Source: a virus. From it: a stretch of DNA of 64,000 nucleotides. The notes under the pieces are model-generated. The model did no database searches, was not told the DNA's origin, and worked only from the letters and a program-made list of their open reading frames with translations. Of the stretch, positions 43,873-56,000 are shown piece after piece. A program made the translations under genes and the position numbers. Each line of letters starts with the position of its first letter. Positions within the stretch are counted from its first letter, which is position 1. Location of the stretch: IMG/VR virus record IMGVR_UViG_3300008261_000042; one strand, given 5' to 3'.

Positions 43873-44005
43873 GAGAATTGAGAGATTAGAGGCGTCCCTC
43901 TACAATCTCAGATTAATGTACAGACCTCCCGAACGGGAGGGTCATGTAAGTATAACTGAATACTTAGATGAAGTAGAGAATAGAATAAAAAATTTAGAAA
44001 ATTAA
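43844..44005 (+). CDS. Small coiled-coil protein (53 aa)
   Basis: Translated by hand: MNQDLNSLIERIERLE...LMYRPP...ITEYLDEVENRIKNLEN. Confidence 0.65.
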   Translation: MNQDLNSLIERIERLEASLYNLRLMYRPPEREGHVSITEYLDEVENRIKNLEN

Positions 44006-44010
44006 GAGTT

Positions 44011-44385
44011 ATGCCATTACTTGTCGGACCAGAGACCCCTGACACCACATCGGTGAATGGTCCTTGCACGTATCCAGCAAAACCAGTAACAGGAGCACAG
44101 GTATCCCCGAATATATTCATTAATGGGGAACCTGTGAAGTTTTTACATAATGCTATAGCACCAGATAGTGTAACAGGTGTTCCGAATAATCCGTTAGTAC
44201 CGTGTGTTATTCCAGAAGCTGCGAGGGTAGTAGTAACAAGTGTGAATACTTCAGTATTTTTTAACAATCTACTACCTGCTGTGCAAGGGGACGCCACGGA
44301 ACTCACATCCTTCCCTGGGACGAAGCGAGTATTCGTCGCACCATTTCAGCATCCGACTGTGATTATTGGTGGAGGGGTTGCGTGA
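44011..44385 (+). CDS. PAAR-like spike tip protein (gp5.4-like)
   Basis: SPNIFINGEPV, SVFFNNLLPAVQGD and PTVIIG; located upstream of gp25. Confidence 0.65.
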   Translation: MPLLVGPETPDTTSVNGPCTYPAKPVTGAQVSPNIFINGEPVKFLHNAIAPDSVTGVPNNPLVPCVIPEAARVVVTSVNTSVFFNNLLPAVQGDATELTSFPGTKRVFVAPFQHPTVIIGGGVA

Positions 44386-44431
44386 TTGGTCTGGGTGTGC
44401 TACAATAGGTAGGTAAACAACTGAGGTTCTC

Positions 44432-44578
44432 ATGGCAAAGCGTCCTTCATTTACTAATAGCAATCTGATCGAGTCGAAGCCCAAGAAGTCCCGTCAGGGA
44501 AATGGGGCACATACGAAGTATGCTGCTACGAGTCGTAATGGTGCTCGTAAGCGTTATCGTGGTCAGGGTAAGGGCTGA
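44432..44578 (+). CDS. Small basic conserved protein (48 aa)
   Basis: MAKRPSF...PKKSRQG.G.HTKY.ATSRNGARKRYRGQGKG. A TTGCGT/TACAAT promoter-like element lies upstream. Confidence 0.75.
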   Translation: MAKRPSFTNSNLIESKPKKSRQGNGAHTKYAATSRNGARKRYRGQGKG

Positions 44579-44586
44579 TATATTTT

Positions 44587-44611
44587 GCGATCCTTAGGGG
44601 TCGCTTTTTTT
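44587..44611 (+). terminator. Rho-independent terminator
   Basis: GCGATCCT-TA-GGGGTCGC followed by T7. Confidence 0.7.
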
Positions 44612-44691
44612 ATGTGTAAATAGAATTGTATCTCTGAAGCAAGGGATAGCAACCCCTTTAAAAGTTCTGTTTAACCTTATGGAGAAAACAG

Positions 44692-44868
44692 ATGGCTAAT
44701 GTTGATAAAAGTAAGGAGTTCGTCCAATCGGGCATGACTCTGATATCAGAACAGGCGAGTGATCGCCTGTTGAAAAAAGCCCAATACAAAGTACCAGATG
44801 ACCGTTACAGTAGACCATGTGGCGGTTCTGGTGGGTTTGATGACTTTGTGGAGAGGTGGCATGAGTGA
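44692..44868 (+). CDS. Small conserved hypothetical protein (58 aa)
   Basis: Translated by hand: MANVDKSKEFVQSGMTLISEQASDRLL...RPCGGSGGFDDFVERWHE. GGAG RBS. Confidence 0.7.
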   Translation: MANVDKSKEFVQSGMTLISEQASDRLLKKAQYKVPDDRYSRPCGGSGGFDDFVERWHE

Positions 44869-44869
44869 C

Positions 44870-44877
44870 TATAAATA
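44870..44877 (+). promoter_or_regulatory. T4-type late promoter TATAAATA
   Basis: Exact consensus upstream of gp25. Confidence 0.85.
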
Positions 44878-44899
44878 ATAACAAACGTTTTTGTCTACT

Positions 44900-45292
44900 G
44901 TGCCGCAGTTTCAAACATTTAAGGATTTAAATGTGACATTCAAGCCTCATCCTATTACTGGTGATTTAATTACTAGTAAGGATGAGGCTGCTGTTAAACA
45001 GGCCATTGTTAATCTTTTGTTAACTAACAAAGGTGAACGTTTATTCAATTCTCAGATTGGATCAGATATTCCTAGATTATTATTTGAACAATTAGATTAT
45101 GGTGTAGCAGCCCTGGTCCAATCTGAGATTAAAAACGTATTAACGGATTACGAACCTAGAATTAATATTATATCGTTAGAAGTTATACCAAATTTTGATG
45201 ATAATGGATTTGATGTTGGATTGGAATTTGAGATTATAGGTAGAAACGATATTCCACTCAACGTAGAATTCTTTTTAGAGAGAACTCGATAA
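44900..45292 (+). CDS. gp25: Baseplate wedge subunit gp25
   Basis: FKDL...F..HP.TGD....KDE.AVKQAI.NLLLT.KGER.F....GS....LLFE...YEPRI. Confidence 0.93.
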   Translation: MPQFQTFKDLNVTFKPHPITGDLITSKDEAAVKQAIVNLLLTNKGERLFNSQIGSDIPRLLFEQLDYGVAALVQSEIKNVLTDYEPRINIISLEVIPNFDDNGFDVGLEFEIIGRNDIPLNVEFFLERTR

Positions 45293-47086
45293 ATGCCATA
45301 CACACAAGTATCAAATTTAGATTATAATGATATAAAAATTGCTTTAAAGGAATATTTAAGATCCCAATCAGATTTCACTGATTATGATTTTGAAGGTTCT
45401 GTGTGGAGCACATTACTTGATGTGTTAGCGTATAATACTTATTATACAGCATTCAATACTAATCTAGTTGTTAACGAGTTATTCTTAGATTCAGCAACCC
45501 TAAGAGATAATGTAGTTGCAATCGCCAAACAACTAGGTTATGTACCAAAATCAGTAACGTCACCCGTAGCTTATATTAGTTTTGATGTTAATTTCACTAA
45601 TACAACCCCTGATGTTGCTATTTTAAGGACTGGATCTGCATTTACGACTATTTTTGATTCTGAACTATATCAATATACGACATTAGATGATGTTTCTGCT
45701 GCAGTAGAGAATGGGACAGCATCATTCATTAATGTACCAATCTACGAAGGTTCATTAATTAAAAATTCATACACTGTTAATACTTCTCTTAAGTCACAAC
45801 GATTTTTGATTCAAAATCAAGGTGTTGATGCTAGTAGTGTTAGAGTAAGGGTATATCCTTCTCAGAATTCATCTGCTTATGAAATTTATGAAAGAGCAGA
45901 AAATATCTTAGAAGTAAACTCCGAAACTAAATCATATTTCTTAAATGAAGTTGAAGATGAGAATTATGAGATTTTCTTTGGTGATGGAGTATTAGGTAAA
46001 AAGCTAGAAAGTGGTCAATTTATTGAAGTTAGCTATCTAGTAACTAATGGTCCTGCTACAAATGGAGCAAAGACCTTTGTGTTCAATGGTATTATCGATG
46101 ATAGAAATAATTCATCTTATCCATTGAGTGTAGTTGTAACTTCTGTATTAGCAGCTTCTGGTGGAGAGGACATTGAAAGCATTGACAAAATTAAATACAA
46201 TGCCCCTAGGTATTTCGGTACACAAGACCGTGCAGTGACCTCACAGGACTACGCAGCCATCGTTAGGAACGTTTATCCAGCAGTAGCGGATATCATTACT
46301 TTTGGTGGAGAAGAAGCAAGTCCACCTGAATATGGAAAAGTAAAGATTGTAATCAAACCTTCCAATGCAAATTTACTTTCTTCATTTACCAAACAAGATA
46401 TTATAAGAAAATTAAAGCCTTTTATGGTTGGATCTGTCACTGCAGACATTATTGATCCATCAATTCTATTTGTTGAATTAACAAGTAAAATTTATTTTGA
46501 TAGAACTAAGACAAACTTACCACCAACAGAGATTGTAAAGAAAGTAAGAACTTCTATTCAACAATATATTGATCAATCAGATACTGAAAAATTCAACGGT
46601 AAGTTTAGGTATAGTAGATTTATTGGAGTAATTGATGATTCGGATAGATCAATTAATTCTAATCAAACTACAGTAATGATGAGAAAGGATTTCTATCCTG
46701 CTATTAATTCTTCATTTTTTTATGAGGTTTGCTTCCAAAATACTTTTGACAAAGATTGTGAAGGTCCAACATTACATTCTACTGGATTTAAAGTAACAGA
46801 ATTCCCTAATTATACAGTGTATTTGGAAGATAGGGATGGTAGAATCGTCCTATATAGAATAGATGATTTAACTGGACTAAAAATAGTTTTAAATGACTCC
46901 ATTGGAGCAATAAACTATGATAAAGGTGAAGTTATGTTGTATGATTTAACTATCATCCGTGGTTCGTTTGAAGACAACCGAATTGAACTAAGAGTAAAGC
47001 CTTTAAGCAATGATATTAATGCGGTAAGAGAGGTTTTCCTAGACGTTGATATGACAACAAGTAAGTTCACTGCTTATCCCGAGTAG
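45293..47086 (+). CDS. gp6: Baseplate wedge subunit gp6
   Basis: LDY..IK..LK.YLR.QS.FTDYDFEGS...LLDVLAYNTYY, FGDGVLGKKL and QDRAVT..DY. Confidence 0.95.
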   Translation: MPYTQVSNLDYNDIKIALKEYLRSQSDFTDYDFEGSVWSTLLDVLAYNTYYTAFNTNLVVNELFLDSATLRDNVVAIAKQLGYVPKSVTSPVAYISFDVNFTNTTPDVAILRTGSAFTTIFDSELYQYTTLDDVSAAVENGTASFINVPIYEGSLIKNSYTVNTSLKSQRFLIQNQGVDASSVRVRVYPSQNSSAYEIYERAENILEVNSETKSYFLNEVEDENYEIFFGDGVLGKKLESGQFIEVSYLVTNGPATNGAKTFVFNGIIDDRNNSSYPLSVVVTSVLAASGGEDIESIDKIKYNAPRYFGTQDRAVTSQDYAAIVRNVYPAVADIITFGGEEASPPEYGKVKIVIKPSNANLLSSFTKQDIIRKLKPFMVGSVTADIIDPSILFVELTSKIYFDRTKTNLPPTEIVKKVRTSIQQYIDQSDTEKFNGKFRYSRFIGVIDDSDRSINSNQTTVMMRKDFYPAINSSFFYEVCFQNTFDKDCEGPTLHSTGFKVTEFPNYTVYLEDRDGRIVLYRIDDLTGLKIVLNDSIGAINYDKGEVMLYDLTIIRGSFEDNRIELRVKPLSNDINAVREVFLDVDMTTSKFTAYPE

Positions 47087-47091
47087 ATTAA

Positions 47092-50000
47092 ATGGCTGCA
47101 AAGACAAGAAATATCTCTACCTTAATTGAATCTCAACTACCTGGGTTTATAGTTTCTGAATACGAAAACTTCTCCAAGTTTGTAGAGAAATACTATGAAC
47201 AACTAGAAATACAAGGTCAACCACTTGACATTATTTCTAATGTTACGAAGTATCGTGACATCAATTATTACGAGAAGAATTTACTCAATCAATTTACAAA
47301 GTTATCTTCTAGTATTGTAGAAACTGATACGACTATTACAGTAGAAGATGCTACTTCATTTCCAGAGCAGAATGGTTATATCAAAATTGGTAATGAAATT
47401 TGCTTCTATAAGGAAAGAACTGATACTGAGTTTTTAGAAGTTTCTAGAGGTGTAAGTGGAAATACCACTTTAGGAGATTTGTACGAAACTTCTAATTTTG
47501 TAACCACTCAAGCAGAACCACACTACACAAATGATACTGTATATAATGTAAGTAATCTATTTTTGTATGCTTTTGTAAAAAGCTTTGAATCGCAGTATCT
47601 TGGTGGATTTCCAGAAGCATATTTAAAAGGTGATGTAGATAAGCGTGTACTTATCAAAAATATTAGTGACTTTTATAAGGCAAAGGGCACTAATAAGTCA
47701 ATTAAATTTATTTTTAACTCTATTGTTTCTAAGAGTGCCGAAGATACTCCAGAAACATATAACCCAAAGGATTTTACTTTAAAATCTTCAACTTCTGATT
47801 GGGTAAGTAATTATTCAATTAAAGCAAAGATATTAACTGGTGATGTCAATAAACTAGTTGGAACTAAAATAACACAAAGAACGGAAAATTCTTTTGCATC
47901 TGCTGTTATTGATGCTGTAAACTATGGTGGTTCCGATGGAGTATTTGAAATAATTTTATCTCCAGGATCTGTTAATGGCAATTTTAAAATTGCAGCTCAA
48001 ACAACATTACGTAAAGATATTTTAGTTGATAATACTACAGGTGATAGAATTGATGTATATTCAACATTAGGATGGGATCAAAAAGGAGAATTAATTATAA
48101 ATTCGGAAAGAATTTCGTTTACGAACAAAAATGTCAACCAATTTATAATTTCTGGTAGATCAAACCCAAACACTACCCATGTTGCTGGAACGCCTGTCTA
48201 TAGTAATGATACTTTAATTGCAACATATGAAGGTGGCTCAGCAACAATGCTTGCTCTTGGTGTTTTATATAATTTAAATGTAGTCAATGGAAAGCCATAT
48301 TCAAATTCTGGAGATAAAGTACAAATTTCAGAATCTGGATTTGAAAGTAATCATCCTGTCATTCAAGCTAATTGGTTTTTAAATACCAATTTCAGAAAAG
48401 CATTTTCTCCACTAAATGCTCAAGTAGCTCAGGCAATTTCTGATTTAAATTCTGATGTATCTGCAATTTATGAAGATGATCAGTATTTTTATATTTGTTC
48501 TTCTGGATATCCTCATCATGGAATACTGAAGGAATCTTCACCAGTTAATTTAGAAGATCAGAAATTTTTAAAATTAGTAAGAAAGAATCCAATTAATACT
48601 ACAGAAGTATATCCAATATCAAATAGAGATGTTGGTATATTGAAAGATGGCTCGGTAGTATATGGCAATAAAGATTTTGAAACAGTTAAGTTTGGAGAAA
48701 TAATTTCAGTAAATGTTGAAAATAAAGGAGTTGGTTACAAAAATCCTCCGTTTGTTTTAATTAATAATGAACCTTACAAAGCTAGATGTTTTCTTGCGGG
48801 TGAGGTGGTAGATTTTGTAGAAATTTTATCAGACGATATTTACGAAGAAGAGCCAATTATCACTATTACATCTGGAAGAAATGCAAAATTAAAACCAGTT
48901 GTAACAAATGGAGAAATTACTAGTATTAGAGTAGAAAATCCTGGAGAATATTATTCTTCTCCTCCAACAATTAGAATTTTTGATGCTTTGGGTAAAGGAG
49001 CATTTGCTGAATATGAGGCTATTGTTTCTCCAGAAGGTCAAATAACAAGATGCAAAAAAATAAGCGGTGGTCGTTTTTATAATAGAAATAGTTTAGTTGT
49101 AGAGGTATTGCCAGCTGGTTCTGGTGCTTTTGCTTCTGCAAAAATTAGAGAGTGGACAAAAGATAGATTTAAAAAATATCGTTTAGAGTTAGATTCAAAT
49201 AATTCATATGTATTTTCCAACTTCAATCCAAAAATTGGATTAGGATATGGAGTAGTTGCAAATCCAGCAAATTTAAGATTTAGATCTAACGATAATATTA
49301 ACAGCGTTTTAGGGGAAAATCCTGGAACTAAAACTCATTCTCCAATTTTAGGATTTGCTTATGACGGAAATCCAATTTATGGACCTTATGGATTTTCTGA
49401 TCCTGGAAATGCAAATTCCACTGTGGTTAGAATTAATAGTGGATATCAATTAAACACATCAAGGCAAAATGGACCCTCAATTACTGAATATGAATTAGGA
49501 ACTTTTGTTGATGATTATGTTTGGGTTCCATCTGTTAATAGTGGGAAAACTGAATTAGATGAAAACAATGGGAGATTTTGTGTAACTCCAGAATATCCTA
49601 AAGGAACCTATGCATACTTTGTAACTATAAATTCTTCTGGACAACCAGTATATCCATATATTATTGGAAAAAATTTCTATTCTTTACCAGTAGATTCAAA
49701 TTATAACTCAAATATTTCTCAAGATGATTTACCAAAAAATCTAAAACGTTTAAAAACTAGCGATATCGATAACAATGGCGTAAATTCATTTGCGTTAATT
49801 GGTGATACTACAAAAGGTAATATCAATGGAGCATATTCTGATTATTCAATAGAAACATTTTCAGTTGGTTCTGAATTATTCATTGATAATTTAGGCACAG
49901 GTGGTGCTGGAGCAAAGGCATTTGTTTCTTCGGTTAATGGCAAAAATACAACAGTATTAGAATCAGTAGACGAAAAAGCATTAGTTATTGATTTGGTGCA

Positions 50001-53000
50001 AAACGCTTATCTTTTTGAGGGAGATACCCTTTTCCAAGGTGATGGTGTTTTATTAACGCAAATTATTGTAGATAATACAGAAATAAATGATTTCCAATCT
50101 TCAGAATCTCCAAATGTAAAAGTTGTTAATGATTTATCAGTTGGTCCAGATGGATCATTTAGAGTTATTCAAGATTTATCAGCAGATTTAACACAAGGCG
50201 AAATTATTGGTGATGTCGTAAATGATAGTAGAGTTGTATTAAGATCAGTACAAAATACATTTGATCCATCTTTACCTGTATTTGCTACAATTAAAGTTTT
50301 AAATCTTTTATTAAACAAAAATGGTACTTACACAAAAGATTCTATAATATCATTTATTAGAGAAGATGATGGTATTGTATTTGGAACTGGTTTAGTATTA
50401 GAAGGATCATTAAAACAAAATTCTTTAAAGGTTAGGATAATTACTGGAGATATTTTTGCATCGGAAGATTTTATTATAAAAAGTAATGTATTATCAGATA
50501 CTTCAAGTGCAAAAATTATATCAACAACATCTCTTAGCGAAAATTTAACTATTACAAATATAAATGATAAAGTAGCAATATTACAAACAGATGAAGATCA
50601 TAATTTAGCTAATGGCGATAAAGTATTTGTAAATATTTTTCCAGATGATTCTATCACAGAAACAACTTATTATGTAAGGAAACGACTTTATCAAAAAGCC
50701 GTTTTAGAAGAATTAAATTTCAATGGTAAAATAATTGATACTGGTATTGGTAGATTTGACGTATTAAATAGCGGAGCTGATTACGAAAGTGGTACTTACA
50801 CTGATGTAGAATTAATTTTTGTTGATTCCTCGAAAGCTAGAAAAAATATCGGCAAGCCTGGAGATCCAGGAAATGCTAGGGCAACAATTGAGGTATTTAA
50901 TGTTGGTGGAGGATTTGGAAGAGTTTCTTCAATTACATTAACAAATAAAGGTTATGGTTATAGAAAATCAGATATTTTAACAGTTGCTGATGAAGACTTA
51001 AATCGTCTTGTTGCTTCAACTAGAACAGCTAGATTAAATTTATTTGTTGATCATTCTGGATTTTCTGCTGAAAATACTCAGTTGAAATTAACTACTGTAA
51101 ATGATTTATCAAATGGCGATTATCTAAATATTGGAAATGAAATTGTAAAAATTACTTCAGTTAATAAAACAAATAAAACTGTTTTATTAGAAAGAGGTCA
51201 GAAAAACACCACCGCATCTGATCATTTTAATGATCAATTAGTAACATTCCAAGAAACATCATATAAATTAAATACAAATTATAGAATTTTAGGAGATGGA
51301 TTAAATTCTCCATATGTTGTTTCGTACAACCCAACAACTAGAGAATTAGTTGTTGCGTATGAATATAATGTAACTAATCCGACAAAAATATTACAAAGTA
51401 GTATTTTCTTCGATCAAAATAATCCAAGTAAGTTTGTAAAAGTTGAGTCTGTACAAGAGCCAGAGTATAAGTTAGAATTTAGCAAAAATCAACTTAATTT
51501 TGATATCAACCCAACTATAGAAATACAAAAATACTACAAGTATAAGTTTGATACTAGCCACCCATCAATGCTAGATACATATCTAGATTTTTCATCTAGT
51601 TTAAATTATAATTTATTTACAGAAGAAAAAAATGTAAGCTCAAATTTACCAGGAACTGCAGGATCTTTTGTATCAATAAAACTTGGTTTTGGACCAAATA
51701 TTTCTTCAAACACATACGAAGAAATATCACCAGTAAACTTCAATAATTATTATTATTTTATTAAAGCTTCTGCAAATGTTAATACAGATGGATCTTCCTT
51801 GAAAGTTATTGATGATCCTCTTTCTGGTGAACACACTGTAATATACTCAACAAATAGAAAATTTGTTTATAATGTAAGAACATTACCTCAATATGATGGA
51901 TCTGGTGCTATTTCATATACAACTACTTCGCAATTTGCTATTGGATCTATTTCTAATATTTCCATTAATGATACAGGAAATAATTACGAGCTACTTCCTA
52001 TTTGCAGAGGAATTATTCCATCTCCATTAAATATTGCTACTGTTTCAGCAACCATAGATTTAACAACTGGTTATCTTTCATCAATTGTTGTAACTGAGCA
52101 AGGAAATAATTATTCAAAGCCAATTGCTATTATTACAGATGGTGATGGAATTGATTATAAACTAGAATGTATATCAGAAAATGGTAAGCTAAAAGCAGTT
52201 AATATATTAAATTCTGGTAAAGGATTTACATATAACCCAACAATCAAAATATTTGAATCTGATATTAAAGTATTTTTAACATCAGATAATATTGGAATAC
52301 CAAAAAATATAAAATTAATAAACAGTGGATATGGTTATAATTCAGATTATTCGACAATTCCTACATATAAATCAACTTCAACATTTGTATTAAAGAATTT
52401 TGAAGATGATTCTTTCTATGCTGGAGAAAAAATTGCTCAATATGAAAATAATATTTTGATAGCAGAAGCTGTAGTAGCTAAAAATGGATGGAGAATTGGA
52501 AGTAATTTATTAAAAGTCGAAAATATAAAGGGAATATTTAAAAATAATCTACCAATTAAAGGTTTTGCAAGATCTAAAACTGCATTATTAATATCACAAT
52601 TAGATACAACATTTTTACCTGATATTAGAACATATTCAGACAACGTTGGTAGATTTAATTCGGAAAGAGGAAAGTTAAGTTCAAATTCCCAAAAACTAAC
52701 AGATTCTTATTTTTATCAAGACTACTCATATGTAATTAAATCAAGAACTCCTATAGATTTTTGGCGTGATTTAATCAAAGAAACAACACACCCAGCAGGT
52801 TTTCAGCTTTTTGGTGAGTTAATAGTTGAATCTGAAGGCAATACTTCAATGCCTTCTGAAATAAAAGAAATTGAAACTCACTCATTTATAAATTTAAAAC
52901 CACAAAATATCTCAGTTGTCAATACTAGAAAATATATTACAGAAAATATTGTATCTTTTGCAGATAGCAATATAGAAAGAGGTATAGGATCTGTTGCAAT

Positions 53001-56000
53001 TGATACTTTTGATTCTTCAGAAACTGTAGCAAGAGAATTGATTCTAGCTAGACCATTTGATGGGGATTTTGATCCAAATAGTGGAATTCTTTATGGTACT
53101 AAAACTTTCACTCTTTTAGATAAAAAAACAAATAGTGCATACGCACCATACAATGAAAGTTCATTAATTATAACAATTGATGGAGTTTTACAAGAGCCAG
53201 GAAAATCATTTACTATCAAAGGTAATAAAATAACTTTTGCTCAGCCTCCTTTAGGAGAAAGATTAGCGGAAGGTCAAGTAGTAGAAGCTCAGAAGTTTTA
53301 TTGTAGAGCAATTAAGTTCAAAGATAATACACTGAATTCCACATATATCAGAAAAATGCAAAATATTTCTGATCAATTTGATGGAGAAACAAGAATATTT
53401 GATTTATATGAAGAAAATGGTTCTATTGTAAAAACATTACCAAATGAAAAATTAATTGTTGCATTGAATGGAGTTTTACAAAATGCAAGAACTACAGAAG
53501 AAGAGCCTTTTGAAAATTCATATGCAATTATAAGATCTCAAGATCCTACAGTAACTGATAAAATTGCCTTCACAGAACCACCAATAAGTCACGGTGAACT
53601 ATATGATAGTACTGATGATATTGTAATAAGAGAAAAGTGTTTTATTTACAGTATTGGTTCATATAGAAGATTAAGTATTGATTCTAGAACTGTAAAATAC
53701 AGAGGAGCTGGTCCTTTCTTAATTTTAGATGAGGTACAGAATTCTGTTGTCAAAGTTGATGATCCTTTATACGCAATAGTTTTCATAGATGGTGTATTAC
53801 AAATACCTGGGAAATCTTATGATATTGTAGGACCAAATATAACTTTCTCATCTCCTCTACAATACTACGAAGATGAAACAGGCAAACAAGTATTGCAAAA
53901 AGTTTCTATCTTATTATTCTACGGTAGAGATAAAGCAAAAACTTTAACTTTCTATGATTTTGAACCTAATGCATATTATTCCCAAGCAAATTTAGTAATA
54001 ACTGGTTCGCCCGATGTACAAAATTTTTATGCTTGGTTTGCAAATTATTTGGGATCCAACGTAATAGTTTCTCAAAATGGAAATAAAATTGGTAAAATAA
54101 AATCGTTTGTTCCTGGAAGCAATGATTTAAACTTAACTTTGCTATGCTCAGCTTTTTATGAAATAGATTCTTCTGATTTAATATTTATAAATCCAGAATC
54201 TGGAGATAGTTTTGTGTTATCTGGCATTGAATCTTCTTCAATTTCATACTTAGAAGATGAAGATGGCGTGAGAAAATTACAAGTTGATGTTCCATCTTGG
54301 TTGCTCGGAACAAAGCTTGGCAAAGATGCTTACTCGGAAAGAACAAAACTATATTCTAATTTGAATATTGGCGACTTAATTAAAATTGATGGCGAATCTG
54401 AGTTTAGAGAAATTGTATCAATTCCAGAATTAGTAAATACAAAACAGTACAATACTGGAGAATTTTTACCTAAGGATATTTACTCTAGAGTACAAGCAAC
54501 TAATTATAATGATATAGTTAGAGGAGAAGGTTTAAGTATAACAGCTGAAATTGACGCTAATGGTACTATAACAAAATTAAATTGGAATAGAAGAGATTTA
54601 ATGCTTTTCTTTAATAATAATGTACTATTACAGCCAACCGCATATCAGTATTATACTGCACCTATAATTGATTTTATTCCAAGAACTCAAAATGGTGGTG
54701 GAGCAAGAGCAGAAGTAATTGCAATTGGTGGACAAATTGTAGATATTGTTTTAATTGATGGTGGCTATGGCTATTCAGAACCTCCTCAAGTAGTTATATC
54801 TAGAGGATATAACAGAATTAAGGGAAGATCAAGAAAATTTGATACCACCACTATATTAAATGTTTCTCCACCAATAGCATTCTCAGATAGTTTAACTTCA
54901 AGTAGTGAAGTTACTTTAGTATCATATGGTCCTGCAGGTCAAGCTATTTTCTCTGTTATTAATTTAAGTGCTTTAGCAGGAGAATTAGATGTATCTAGAA
55001 ATATTATTTCTATTATAACTCCAGAAGAAAAAATAGTTACATTTAGTAATCCAAAAGATATTACTCAAATTATTATACAGCCGCCAGTACCTAAACTAAA
55101 ATCTGATATAATAAGGACTTCTACTGCAATTCATAATTACATAGATGTTCCATTCGATATAGTTTCTTCTTCAACAATTACTTCAGTAAACAAAGAATTA
55201 ACAACAATTATTTCTAAACAAATTAATGAGGCATTTGTTCAATTAGACACTGCTTCTATTAATGATATTGGTGCATTCTTAGACGCTCCTTTATCAGAAA
55301 CTGATAATATTGTGTATGTTCCAGATACAATAAGATTCCCTGATTCAAGTAGATTATTAATTGGAAGAGAAATTGTTTATTATGAGAAAAAGAAAACAGA
55401 TAGATTTTTATCTGTTACTAGAGGAGCAGATGGAACTACAGCTCAAACACATAATGCAGGAGATTATCTAAGACATCTACCTAAGATTGTAAGTGTTGTT
55501 CCAGTTGGAGCAGCAATAATTCAATCTATTGTTTCTATCGAATCTGATCATGATACATTTACTGAATTATTAAAAACAGTAAGTACAGAAATAGTAGAGC
55601 CATCAATATCCCATGACTTAACTTCATTAACATCAAGTCAACAAATAGAACTTGATAATACGGAAGTTGATGTTATTCCTTGGATTGGTATTATTCCACC
55701 TCCTTCATATAATGTAATTTCTACTGTATATTCAACATCATCTAGTGTACAAACTATTGTAGAATCGCTTAAAATAGATTCTTCTACTTCATCTGTAATA
55801 ACAGTAAAACAGTCCAATATTCAAATTTCTGTAGATCAGAATATTAATGTTGATGTTTCTACGTTAATAACCTCAGCTCAAATTATTTCCAATGCAGAAT
55901 CTTCTGTAGATTCTTTATTTGCAACAGTAATAACTTCTACACATAATGCATCTGAAATCATGCATGATGTGAATATATTATCAAATGCAACTATTGAAAA

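Noticed and set aside
43844-44005. Suspected frameshift at GAGAGAATTGAGAGA
   Set aside because: Careful translation gives an intact 53 aa ORF.
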